A stretch of 64,000 nt of DNA, from NCBI GenBank assembly GCA_017481745.1, contig JAFUOV010000005.1, positions 232 to 64,231 on the forward strand, written 5' to 3'. A program made the translations under genes and the position numbers. The DNA is from Bacteroidaceae bacterium. GTDB taxonomy: Bacteria > Bacteroidota > Bacteroidia > Bacteroidales > Barnesiellaceae_A. Positions 53,218 to 64,000 of this stretch are shown piece by piece; positions within the stretch are counted from its first letter, which is position 1; the number at the start of each line of letters is the position of its first letter. The notes under the pieces are model-generated. The model made no database searches. It was not told the origin of the DNA and was given only the letters and a program-made list of their open reading frames with translations.

Positions 53218-55287
53218 ATGAAAGTCTGCATAGCCGAGAAACCAAGTGTTGCCAAGGATATCGCCCAGATATTGGGTGCTACGGCTCGTCGCGACGGTTA
53301 TTACGAAGGTAACGACTATTGTGTTACTTGGGTTTTTGGACACTTGTGCGAGCTGAAAGAACCTCACGAGTATGACGAGCGTTGGAAGCGATGGACACTC
53401 AGTTCGCTACCTATGATACCGCAACGTTTCGGCATCAAACTCAAAGATGATAAAGGCGTTGAGAAACAATTTAAAACAATAGAACAGCTCATTGCCCAAG
53501 CCGAGTGTGTGATAAACTGCGGTGATGCCGGGCAAGAGGGAGAGTTGATACAGCGATGGGTGATGCAGAAAGCCGGTTGCAAATGCCCCGTATTGCGGTT
53601 GTGGATTTCGTCATTGACCGAGGAGGCTATTCGCGAAGGCTTTGCCAAGCTGCGCCCGCAGGAAGAATTTGAGCGCTTGTATTTAGCCGGACTGACACGC
53701 GCCATAGGCGACTGGCTGTTGGGTATGAATGCCACACGACTATATACACTACGTTATGGTCGCGACCGTCAGGTGCTTTCGATAGGTCGTGTGCAGACTC
53801 CTACTTTGGCGCTTATCGTCAATCGTCAGCTGGAGATAGAAAACTTTGTGCCACAGCCCTATTGGGAGCTGAAAACGGTATACAGAGATACAACCTTCTC
53901 GGTAACGCAAGGTCGCTACACAAGTGTTGAGGAAGGACAAAAAGCCCTTGCAACCATCGAGGGTAAACCTTTTACCGTTACCGATGTTACGACCAAAAAT
54001 GGCAAAGAAGCTCCGCCGAGATTGTTTGACCTTACCAGCTTGCAGGTAGAGTGTAACAAAAAATTCTCTTTCTCGGCAGAGGAGACTTTGCAACTCATAC
54101 AGTCGCTGTACGAAAAGAAAGTTACGACCTATCCGCGTGTCGATACGACCTATCTGAGCGACGATATATACCCCAAGGTGAAGGGCATTTTGGCAGCCTT
54201 GACACAAACGCAATACGATGCCATTGTTCGTCCTTTGCTGCAACAAGATAAATTGCCCAAGAGCAAGAAAGTGTTTGACAACAGCAAGGTTACCGATCAC
54301 CATGCCATTATACCCACCAATGTGCGGGCTAACAACCTCACCGATCGTGAGAAGTTGGTATATGACCTTGTGGCACGTCGTTTTGTGGCTGCATTTTATC
54401 CCGATTGTCAGGTTGCCAATACCACCGTTATGGGCGAAGTGGATAATGTGGAGTTTAAAGTAACGGGTCGTCAAATCTTATCGCCCGGATGGCGTGTCGT
54501 CTTTGGCAAGGATGATGCCGGTGATGAAAACAGCGAAAGCCAGATTTTGCCCGCTTTTGCAGTAGGCGAGAGTGGTAGTCACGAGCCGGCACTGACCGAG
54601 AAGCAAACACAACCTCCCAAGCCCTATACCGAGGCTACGCTGTTGCGTGCCATGGAGACCGCCGGTAAGTCGGTCGACGATGAGGTTTTGCGTGATGCTT
54701 TGAAGGAGAATGGTATAGGTCGACCTTCAACACGCGCTGCCATTATAGAGATACTCTTCAAGCGCCGATACATCCGCAAGGAGCGCAAGAGTCTGACAGC
54801 TACACCTACGGGTGTCGAGCTGATACAGACTATCCGCAACGAGCTGCTCAAGTCGGTAGAACTGACCGGACAATGGGAGAATAAGCTACGTCGCATTGAG
54901 CGCAACGAGTATGAGCCGGCTACTTTCCTCGATGAATTGAAGGCGATGGTAAACTCTATCGTGATAGATGTGTTGAGCGATAATACCGGAACGGTAGCTT
55001 CGACCCCTGCCGAGGAGGAGAAGAAAAAGCGCAAGCCGTCGACCAAGCCCACCGATACTGAGAAGAAACCCCGCAAGCCGCGTGAGAAGAAGCCGGTGCA
55101 ACCGCAAGTTGTGGTATGTCCCATCTGTGGCAAGGGCAACGTGATAAAAGGTCGCAATGCGTATGGTTGCAGCGCTTGGCAGCAAGGTTGTAACTTCCGC
55201 TTGCCATTCGATACTTATGGTGCCGACCTGACAATCGAGCGCTTGCAAGAAATTGTCAATAAGATAAAAGAACAGCATGGAAAATAA
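53218..55287 (+). CDS. topB: DNA topoisomerase III (type IA) with Lys-rich linker and C-terminal zinc ribbon
   Basis: TOPRIM (CIAEKPS, DAGQEGE), catalytic-Tyr region TTYPRVDTTYL, C-terminal CPICG...GCSAW..GC. Confidence 0.88.
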   Translation: MKVCIAEKPSVAKDIAQILGATARRDGYYEGNDYCVTWVFGHLCELKEPHEYDERWKRWTLSSLPMIPQRFGIKLKDDKGVEKQFKTIEQLIAQAECVINCGDAGQEGELIQRWVMQKAGCKCPVLRLWISSLTEEAIREGFAKLRPQEEFERLYLAGLTRAIGDWLLGMNATRLYTLRYGRDRQVLSIGRVQTPTLALIVNRQLEIENFVPQPYWELKTVYRDTTFSVTQGRYTSVEEGQKALATIEGKPFTVTDVTTKNGKEAPPRLFDLTSLQVECNKKFSFSAEETLQLIQSLYEKKVTTYPRVDTTYLSDDIYPKVKGILAALTQTQYDAIVRPLLQQDKLPKSKKVFDNSKVTDHHAIIPTNVRANNLTDREKLVYDLVARRFVAAFYPDCQVANTTVMGEVDNVEFKVTGRQILSPGWRVVFGKDDAGDENSESQILPAFAVGESGSHEPALTEKQTQPPKPYTEATLLRAMETAGKSVDDEVLRDALKENGIGRPSTRAAIIEILFKRRYIRKERKSLTATPTGVELIQTIRNELLKSVELTGQWENKLRRIERNEYEPATFLDELKAMVNSIVIDVLSDNTGTVASTPAEEEKKKRKPSTKPTDTEKKPRKPREKKPVQPQVVVCPICGKGNVIKGRNAYGCSAWQQGCNFRLPFDTYGADLTIERLQEIVNKIKEQHGK

Positions 55288-55795
55288 TACCCGTCAAGAA
55301 CTCTTTCCTATTGTCGACGAGCAGGGCAATGTGGTAGGCAGTGCTACACGAGCCGAGTGCCATAGCGGCAGTATGTTGTTACACCCCGTAGTGCACTTGC
55401 ATATTTTCGATAGTCAAGGTCGCCTCTACTTGCAACGTCGCTCGATGAACAAAGATATACAACCCGGCAAGTGGGATACCGCCGTAGGAGGGCACGTAGA
55501 CTATGGCGAGAGTATCGAGCAGGCGCTCCGTCGCGAGGTGCGCGAGGAGTTGGGTATCACACAATTTACACCCATACACAACTTTACATATCATTTCCAA
55601 TCGAGTGTCGAGCGCGAGTTGGTGCACTCATATCGCACTATATATGAAGGCGATATAAAGATAGACCCGGTAGAGATTGATGAAGGACGTTATTGGGATA
55701 TTAACGACATCACAGAGCAGTTGGGCAAGGGGGTGTTTACTCCCAACTTTGAGCAAGAGTTCCGCCAATTGATAGCTGTGATACAATCCAATTAA
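55277..55795 (+). CDS. NUDIX hydrolase
   Basis: Nudix box GGHVDYGESIEQALRREVREELGI; overlaps the topB end by 11 nt. Confidence 0.82.
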   Translation: MENNTRQELFPIVDEQGNVVGSATRAECHSGSMLLHPVVHLHIFDSQGRLYLQRRSMNKDIQPGKWDTAVGGHVDYGESIEQALRREVREELGITQFTPIHNFTYHFQSSVERELVHSYRTIYEGDIKIDPVEIDEGRYWDINDITEQLGKGVFTPNFEQEFRQLIAVIQSN

Positions 55796-55870
55796 TGATT
55801 TTTCAGAAAGATTTGTCGAGATTATAGCGCTATTCATCAACAATAGAGTGAGTTTCTCGATTATATTTTT

Positions 55871-55878
55871 TAATTTTG
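55871..55878 (+). promoter_or_regulatory. -7 promoter box TAATTTTG only 4 nt before the nrnA ATG
   Basis: Exact TAnnTTTG match at 55871; ATG at 55883. Confidence 0.35.
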
Positions 55879-55882
55879 CAAC

Positions 55883-56917
55883 ATGATTACACCTATAATA
55901 GACAATGACAAAATAAATGAACTGAGCAATGTATTGTTGCGCAGTAACGATATTGTGATAACTTGCCATGTAGCACCCGATGGCGATGCTATTGGTTCGT
56001 CGTTAGGGTGGTATCACTTCTTACGTAAGTTGGGAAGAAATGTTACGGTTGTAGTGCCCGATATGGTGCCTCGCAATTTGCATTTCTTGCCCGGAATGAA
56101 ATATGTGTTGGTATACACACAGCAACCCGAAAAGGCAGCTGCTGCCATAGAAAATGCCGATTTGGTATTCTGCCTCGATTATAACGCTCTGCATCGTGTC
56201 GACAAGTTGTCGCCCATTGTTGCTCAATCGAAGGCATATAAAGTCTTGATAGACCATCACCTTGAGCCCGAAGATTTTTGCAACCTCACTATATCGCATC
56301 CCGAAATTTCGTCTACTTGCGAGGTGATATTCCGCATTATCTGGCAGATGGGACGTTATCGCTTTATGAGTCGCAGCTCGGCAGAGTGTATCTATACAGG
56401 TATGATGACCGATACCGGCAATTTTACTTACAACTCCAATCAGCCCGAGATATACAATATCATAGCATTGCTTGTGAAAAAAGGTATTGACAAGGATAAT
56501 ATATACAATCTTGCTTGCAATACGCAGACTGCCAATAAGTTGCAACTGAATAGCTATGCAATATGCAATAAGTTGGAGCTCTTCCCCGAGTATGGCGCTG
56601 CCATGATATACCTTACCCAGCCCGAGATGTCGCGCTATAATTTTCAGAAAGGCGATTGCGATGGGCTGGTCAATGTACCGCTCAGTATCAAAGGTATATA
56701 CTTCTCGGTCTTTATACGTGAGGACAGAGATTTTGTGAAGATATCGCTTCGCTCGCAAGGCGACTTTGCTGTCAATACCATTGCAGCCGAGCACTTTGGG
56801 GGTGGCGGACACCTCAATGCCGCCGGTGGCGAGTTTTATGGTACGCTGGACGAGGCGGTTGCCAAGTTTCGCGAGATATTGCCCCTATATTGTAGTAAAG
56901 AAGAAGTTAAATCGTAA
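55883..56917 (+). CDS. nrnA: DHH/DHHA1 phosphoesterase (oligoribonuclease/pAp phosphatase NrnA-like)
   Basis: HVAPDGDAIGS, DHH motif (LIDHH), C-terminal GGGH. Confidence 0.8.
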   Translation: MITPIIDNDKINELSNVLLRSNDIVITCHVAPDGDAIGSSLGWYHFLRKLGRNVTVVVPDMVPRNLHFLPGMKYVLVYTQQPEKAAAAIENADLVFCLDYNALHRVDKLSPIVAQSKAYKVLIDHHLEPEDFCNLTISHPEISSTCEVIFRIIWQMGRYRFMSRSSAECIYTGMMTDTGNFTYNSNQPEIYNIIALLVKKGIDKDNIYNLACNTQTANKLQLNSYAICNKLELFPEYGAAMIYLTQPEMSRYNFQKGDCDGLVNVPLSIKGIYFSVFIREDRDFVKISLRSQGDFAVNTIAAEHFGGGGHLNAAGGEFYGTLDEAVAKFREILPLYCSKEEVKS

Positions 56918-56932
56918 AGTTTGAGATATAAC

Positions 56933-57511
56933 ATGAAGATAATGAAAACATTGAAGTTTCTGTGTGGCGCTATGGCATTGTTGTTGTCGGCAGCCGTTGC
57001 TACCTCTTGTGAAGATACAAAGTCGTATGCCGAGTTGCTCGACGAGGAGAATGATGCTGTCGAGAAGTTTTTGGAAACAAAGACTGTTATCAACACAATA
57101 CCCGCCGATACCGTTTTTGAAGTGGGCGAGAATGCTCCATATTATAAGCTCGACGAAGATGGCTATGTATATATGCAAGTGCTCAATCCCGGCGATGGTG
57201 GCATGGCAAAATACAACGATGTGATATTTTTCCGCTATTCGCGTATGAACATCCTCACATGGGCCGAAGGCGGCGATCAGATTCCTACCGGCAACGATGA
57301 TAATGTATCGTTGGCATATTCGTTCAACTTTCTGAATACAACACTCAACTCGACATTGCAATATGGCACAGGAATACAAGAGCCTCTCAAGTATCTGCAA
57401 TTGAATTGTCATGTCAATCTCATTGTCAAGTCAAAAGCCGGTAATACCAATGACCTTACATCGGTAACTCCGTACTTGTATAATGTTCGTTATTTCCCCT
57501 CGAATATTTAA
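56933..57511 (+). CDS. Lipoprotein, DUF4827-like
   Basis: Lipobox ATSC; N-terminal YAELLDEENDAVEKFL pattern remembered from Bacteroides DUF4827 proteins. Confidence 0.45.
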   Translation: MKIMKTLKFLCGAMALLLSAAVATSCEDTKSYAELLDEENDAVEKFLETKTVINTIPADTVFEVGENAPYYKLDEDGYVYMQVLNPGDGGMAKYNDVIFFRYSRMNILTWAEGGDQIPTGNDDNVSLAYSFNFLNTTLNSTLQYGTGIQEPLKYLQLNCHVNLIVKSKAGNTNDLTSVTPYLYNVRYFPSNI

Positions 57512-57520
57512 TAATTTTAT

Positions 57521-57552
57521 CGTTTAGAGCATAGTGTTTGGTGAGGTTTGTG
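57521..57552 (+). repeat. Decayed heptad relic after the DUF4827-like gene
   Basis: GTTTAGAGCATAGTGTTTGGTGAGGTTTGTG. Confidence 0.4.
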
Positions 57553-57608
57553 TAAAGCTATTTACGCTCAACTCGATGCAAAATTGTAATCTTTAAAATC
57601 CACTTAAT

Positions 57609-58997
57609 ATGTCATTAATCAAATCTATTTCCGGTATTCGTGGAACCATAGGCGGAGCAGTAGGCGAAGGTCTTAATCCGCTCGATATAGTGAAGTTTAC
57701 AGCGGCATATGCTGCATTTATTCGTAAACACACACCCCTCGACAGCAACCGCATAGTTGTAGGTCGCGATGCTCGTATCTCGGGCGAGATGGTTATGCAC
57801 ACCGTTGTAGGCACGCTCATGGGTATGGGTTGGGATGTTGTATATATAGGACTTGCCTCTACACCTACCACCGAGATAGCTGTAACAGGCGAGGGCGCTT
57901 GCGGAGGTATCATCCTCACTGCCAGCCACAACCCCAAGCAATGGAATGCACTGAAGCTCCTCAATGAGAAGGGCGAGTTTCTCAATGCAGCCGAGGGTCA
58001 AGAGGTGTTGCGTATTGCCGAAGCCGAAGATTTTACATTTGCCGATGTAGACCATTTAGGCAAGCTTATTAACGTCGATGACTATAACGAGCGACACATA
58101 GCTCAAGTATTGGCGTTGGCATTGGTAGATCGCGCAGCTATCGAAGCTGCCAACTTTACCGTTGCTGTCGATTGTGTCAACTCGGTAGGTGGTATCGTTA
58201 TTCCGCAATTACTACGGGCTCTTGGCGTTAAAAATATTGTTGAGCTCAACTGCGAGCCCACAGGACACTTTGCTCACAACCCTGAGCCTATCCCAGCCAA
58301 CCTCACCGAGATTGCCGAGGTGATGCGACAAGGTAAAGCCGATGTGGGCTTTGTTGTAGACCCCGACGTAGACCGTCTTGCTATCATCTGCGAGAATGGC
58401 GAAATGTTTGTCGAGGAATATACCCTTGTGGCTGTAGCCGACTATGTGTTGAGCCACACACCCGGCAGCACCGTTTCAAACCTCAGTTCGTCGCGTGCCT
58501 TGCGCGATGTTACTCGCAAATATGGTTGTGAGTACAATGCTGCAGCCGTTGGCGAGGTGAATGTCGTTGAGAAGATGAAGGCAACCAATGCCATTATAGG
58601 TGGCGAAGGCAATGGTGGTGTGATATATCCCGAAAGCCACTATGGTCGCGATGCTCTTGTAGGTATTGCTCTGTTCCTCTCGCATCTTGCACATGAGAAG
58701 AAAACCGTCAGTGAGTTGAAAGCTACATATCCTCCCTACAGCATTACCAAGCAGAAGATAGAACTCACACCCGATATTGATGTGGATGCGTTGCTCGTAG
58801 CTGTAAAAGAGAAATATGCAGGCGAGGAGATTAACGATATAGATGGTGTGAAAATCGACTTTGCCGATAGCTGGGTACACTTGCGCAAGTCAAATACCGA
58901 GCCCATCATCCGCGTGTATGCCGAGGCGCACAGCGAAGAGGCTGCCGAGCAGACTGCTGCCGGCGTAATGGACGTAATAAAGAGCATCGTAGGATAA
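57609..58997 (+). CDS. glmM: Phosphoglucosamine mutase
   Basis: Active-site TASHNP, DPDVDR metal loop, GGEGNGG sugar loop. Confidence 0.88.
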   Translation: MSLIKSISGIRGTIGGAVGEGLNPLDIVKFTAAYAAFIRKHTPLDSNRIVVGRDARISGEMVMHTVVGTLMGMGWDVVYIGLASTPTTEIAVTGEGACGGIILTASHNPKQWNALKLLNEKGEFLNAAEGQEVLRIAEAEDFTFADVDHLGKLINVDDYNERHIAQVLALALVDRAAIEAANFTVAVDCVNSVGGIVIPQLLRALGVKNIVELNCEPTGHFAHNPEPIPANLTEIAEVMRQGKADVGFVVDPDVDRLAIICENGEMFVEEYTLVAVADYVLSHTPGSTVSNLSSSRALRDVTRKYGCEYNAAAVGEVNVVEKMKATNAIIGGEGNGGVIYPESHYGRDALVGIALFLSHLAHEKKTVSELKATYPPYSITKQKIELTPDIDVDALLVAVKEKYAGEEINDIDGVKIDFADSWVHLRKSNTEPIIRVYAEAHSEEAAEQTAAGVMDVIKSIVG

Positions 58998-59050
58998 TAT
59001 CGGTGCATACAATAAGCGATTATCTGTACACATTAAATGATAATATAAAA

Positions 59051-59084
59051 ACGAGAGGGCTGCCCGCAGGGGCAGCCCTCTCGT
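59051..59084. terminator. Bidirectional intrinsic terminator between glmM and the GH97 gene
   Basis: 15-bp GC-rich stem ACGAGAGGGCTGCCC/GGGCAGCCCTCTCGT, flanked by an A-run and a T-run. Confidence 0.85.
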
Positions 59085-59102
59085 TTTTATATGAAATAGG
59101 GG

Positions 59103-61277
<2,175 letters not shown>

Positions 61278-61325
61278 TTATATTGTGGGCGGTGTGTTAT
61301 AATGATGTGTGGCTATGGGTTGTAC

Positions 61326-62363
61326 TTATTGAACAACCTTGGCAAGGTATATAATGACCGGGAAGTGGTCGCTATATCCGTTGAGCCAACGACCTTGTGC
61401 GTGTGTACGCTTGGGATAGCCTTTATATTTGCCGCTGTCTTGGCGCAGGAAGTCTTTGTTGAAAATCTCCGATTTGAAGTATTTCAATGTCGAGCGGTCT
61501 TTACCTACAAGATTGCCCGAAACGATTATCTGGTCAAACAGGTTCCATTTGCCTTGGTAGCCGAGTGTGCCGAAGCCCTCGTCAAAGAGTTTCCACATTG
61601 TGTTGAAGTAGCCATTCTCTTTCACATCTTTTTGTTCCTTCACAGCACCAAGTACTTCGCAGCAACTCTTGTTGTTGGGGTCGTCGTTCAAGTCGCCCAT
61701 GATGATAACCTTCGACTCGGGGTCGGCTGCCAATACCGAGTCGGCAAGTTGGCGTGAGAGTGCAGCAGCTGCCTCACGACGGCAACGCGATTTTGTCTCT
61801 CCACCCAAGCGCGAGGGCCAGTGGTTGACGATGATGTGAACGCGCTCACCTGCCAAACGTCCGCTCACGAGCAGTTGATCGCGAGTGAGAGTGTTGGGCG
61901 AACATTCTATAAAGAGTCGTGCGCTTATTGCAGTGTCAACCTCAAATTGGTCGCGGTCGTACAGCAAACCTACGTCCACACCACGACGGTCGGGGCTGTC
62001 GAAGTGTACGATGTCGTAGTTGCGATTGGCAAGCTCGCCGGTCTTGATAAGGTCTTCAAGAACCTGACGGTTTTCTATCTCACTTACACCTATCACAGCC
62101 GGACCTTGGGGGCAGAATTTGTCGGTTCCCAACTTGCTGATGGTGTATGCCATGTTTTTGAGCTTGTTTTCATACTTCAAGGCACCCCAGCGATATGTAC
62201 CACCGGGCAAGAACTCCTCATCGTTGGTATCGGGGTTATTGATTGTGTCAAATAGGTTTTCGAGGTTGTAGAAGGCTACCGAGTATACGGCGGCTTTCTG
62301 TTGAGCAAATGTCATTCCTGCAAACAACATGCTCATAATGAGTGTGATTACTGCTTTTTTCAT
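61326..62363 (-). CDS. Secreted endonuclease/exonuclease/phosphatase (EEP) family protein
   Basis: Signal peptide, FYNLENLFD opening, GDLND and SDHFPV terminal motifs. Confidence 0.78.
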   Translation of the reverse strand: MKKAVITLIMSMLFAGMTFAQQKAAVYSVAFYNLENLFDTINNPDTNDEEFLPGGTYRWGALKYENKLKNMAYTISKLGTDKFCPQGPAVIGVSEIENRQVLEDLIKTGELANRNYDIVHFDSPDRRGVDVGLLYDRDQFEVDTAISARLFIECSPNTLTRDQLLVSGRLAGERVHIIVNHWPSRLGGETKSRCRREAAAALSRQLADSVLAADPESKVIIMGDLNDDPNNKSCCEVLGAVKEQKDVKENGYFNTMWKLFDEGFGTLGYQGKWNLFDQIIVSGNLVGKDRSTLKYFKSEIFNKDFLRQDSGKYKGYPKRTHAQGRWLNGYSDHFPVIIYLAKVVQ

Positions 62364-62648
62364 CGTATTGTGTATTATAGTTTTCTTTTGAGGGTGTAAA
62401 TATACTATTTTATTATGAAATATCGGAGTCGTAAGGCAAGAGATTTACTAAATGGTGAAATAAAAAATGGGAATATGAAATTTAATATTAATGTCATAGG
62501 TTATATCGTTTTTTTTTCTTTATTTTGCACTCTTCATTATATGCCGTACTATGCACTGTAATGAATGAGAAACCCATGTAAAAGCATTTTTAGGAATATA
62601 AAACAACTAATAATACAATCTAATTATCTAAAAATTAAACACTTTCTT

Positions 62649-64000
62649 ATGAAAAGAAGTTTTTGGACAACAGTAATCCTTGCGTTAGCAATAGCATTGC
62701 CTTTGCAAGCCGGTATTGTGCAAGGAACTGTTATCGACGACGTTACCAAGCAACCTTTGGCTGGTATTACGGTGTCGATGAATGGAATGGTTGCCACTAC
62801 AGCCGGGGATGGTACTTATGTACTTGCCGGTGTTGACGAAGGTAACGGTGTCGTTGCTTTTAGTGGTGAAAATTATGAGGCTCAGTCTATTGATGTTACT
62901 GTCCTCGCTGAACCTTCAGTACTCAATGTAGAGATGGTACCTGCTACCAATGCCAAGAAAGAAGCAGAGGTAGATGCAGTAGCATCGCGCGAAGAGAATA
63001 CCCTGCTCTTCGACGAGGCTATGCTCGAAGACGAGGGTACAACATCGAGCCAATCGGTAGCTTACCTTGCCGGTTCCTCCGACGACCCCTTCTTGAGCGC
63101 ATCGAGCTATGTATTCAGCCCCATGCGTTTCTCGTTGCGTGGTTATGACCAACGCGACCATGCTACCTATATCAATGGTATTGACTTTACCGACACCGAG
63201 CGCGGTCGTTTCAACTACTCGAGCCTTGGTGGTCTTAACAATGCCACTCGCAACAAAGATGTAGTACATGGCTTGGAGATGACAGGCTTTGGTTATGGCT
63301 CGCTCACAGGTGCTACCAATATCAACACTCATGCTGCCGACTATGCTGCCGGTGCACAAGTAGGTCTGGCATACACCAATCGCGCCTACAACTTGCGTGC
63401 TCAAGCTACCTACGCTACCGGTCTGATGAACAACGGTTGGGCATTTACTGGTTCGCTCGTATATCGTTGGGCAGAGAAAGGTCGCGCCGAAGGTACATCA
63501 TACAACTCGATGGGTTACTTCTTTGCAGCGCAAAAGATTTTTGGCGATCACAGCTTGGCGCTCACTACATGGGGTGCACCTACCGAGCGCGGTCAGTCGA
63601 GCGCTTCTACTCAAGAGGTGTATGACTATCGCGGTATCTATTACAACTCATATTGGGGTTACCAAGATGGCAAAGTGCGCAACTCTCGTGTGGTACAAAG
63701 CTACGACCCCACTGTGTTGTTGAACTATGAGTGGAACATCAACCAAGAGAGTGCCTTGAAAGTGGGCGCTGCGTTCCATTATAGTATGTATAGCAACAGC
63801 GCATTGTCGTTCTACAATGCTCCCGATCCTCGCCCCGACTACTATCGCAACTTGCCCAGTTTCCAATATACCAACTTGGGTGTGAATGGTCCCGGCGATA
63901 CCGAAGACCCCAACTATGGCTATGTAAACCAAGACTTGTATAACGCCTTGGAGAATAATTGGGTAAACAACAATACCGATGTTACTCAAATCAATTGGGA
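62649..64000 (+). CDS. TonB-dependent receptor with N-terminal carboxypeptidase-regulatory-like domain (partial, runs off the window)
   Basis: Hand translation gives MKRSFWTTVILALAIALPLQAGIVQGTVIDDVTKQPLAGITVS..., then plug-like RGYDQRDHATYINGIDF. The frame stays open to the window end and is not in the ORF track. Confidence 0.75.
   Translation, partial: MKRSFWTTVILALAIALPLQAGIVQGTVIDDVTKQPLAGITVSMNGMVATTAGDGTYVLAGVDEGNGVVAFSGENYEAQSIDVTVLAEPSVLNVEMVPATNAKKEAEVDAVASREENTLLFDEAMLEDEGTTSSQSVAYLAGSSDDPFLSASSYVFSPMRFSLRGYDQRDHATYINGIDFTDTERGRFNYSSLGGLNNATRNKDVVHGLEMTGFGYGSLTGATNINTHAADYAAGAQVGLAYTNRAYNLRAQATYATGLMNNGWAFTGSLVYRWAEKGRAEGTSYNSMGYFFAAQKIFGDHSLALTTWGAPTERGQSSASTQEVYDYRGIYYNSYWGYQDGKVRNSRVVQSYDPTVLLNYEWNINQESALKVGAAFHYSMYSNSALSFYNAPDPRPDYYRNLPSFQYTNLGVNGPGDTEDPNYGYVNQDLYNALENNWVNNNTDVTQINW

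Noticed and set aside
52420-56917. mazG-topB-nudix-nrnA as a nucleotide-depletion defence island or ICE fragment
   Set aside because: MazG is the full-length two-domain housekeeping form and NrnA is a standard DHH/DHHA1 enzyme. There are no tra/mob, relaxase, toxin or sensor genes, and gene spacing and composition match the surroundings. TopB alone is not diagnostic of a mobile element.

Overview
This is a 64-kb chromosomal segment that looks like Bacteroidota, probably Bacteroidales. Support: many exact TAnnTTTG -7 promoter boxes, a T9SS C-terminal sorting domain, a GH97 plus SusC-like TonB-dependent receptor pair, the rpmB-rpmG-DUF4295 trio, and a Rho with a very long disordered insertion. 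Most of the window is densely packed housekeeping genes: three tandem tRNA-Val, rpsA, rnz, rbfA, aroQ, xerD, rho, tilS, rpmB/rpmG, ftsY, rimO, menF/menD, aspS, uvrD-like, nspC, tRNA-Lys, tdk, ybaK, mazG, topB, nrnA and glmM. I saw no CRISPR array, transposase, or integrase other than XerD, and no recognisable defence operon. Three things stand out. (1) An unrecognised multi-copy noncoding element family fills three consecutive intergenic regions (10.38-10.64, 11.53-11.78, 15.72-16.31 kb) around an MBL-fold hydrolase gene and a 1218-aa T9SS-secreted multi-CBM surface protein. Each unit has a ~150-nt core that folds by eye into a multi-stem junction closed by a 9-bp helix, with compensatory base changes between copies, and is flanked by GTTTAGA-type heptad arrays that place stop codons in all frames of both strands. 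Heptad-only relics abut the stop codons of three other genes. (2) An intact, monocistronic P22-type phage portal-like gene (38780-40702) sits alone among housekeeping genes. (3) A 430-nt, visibly GC-rich, hairpin-dense convergent intergenic region lies between the yfhO-like gene and rho. All calls rest on reading the sequence and ORF translations and on remembered family motifs. No searches or computations were run.
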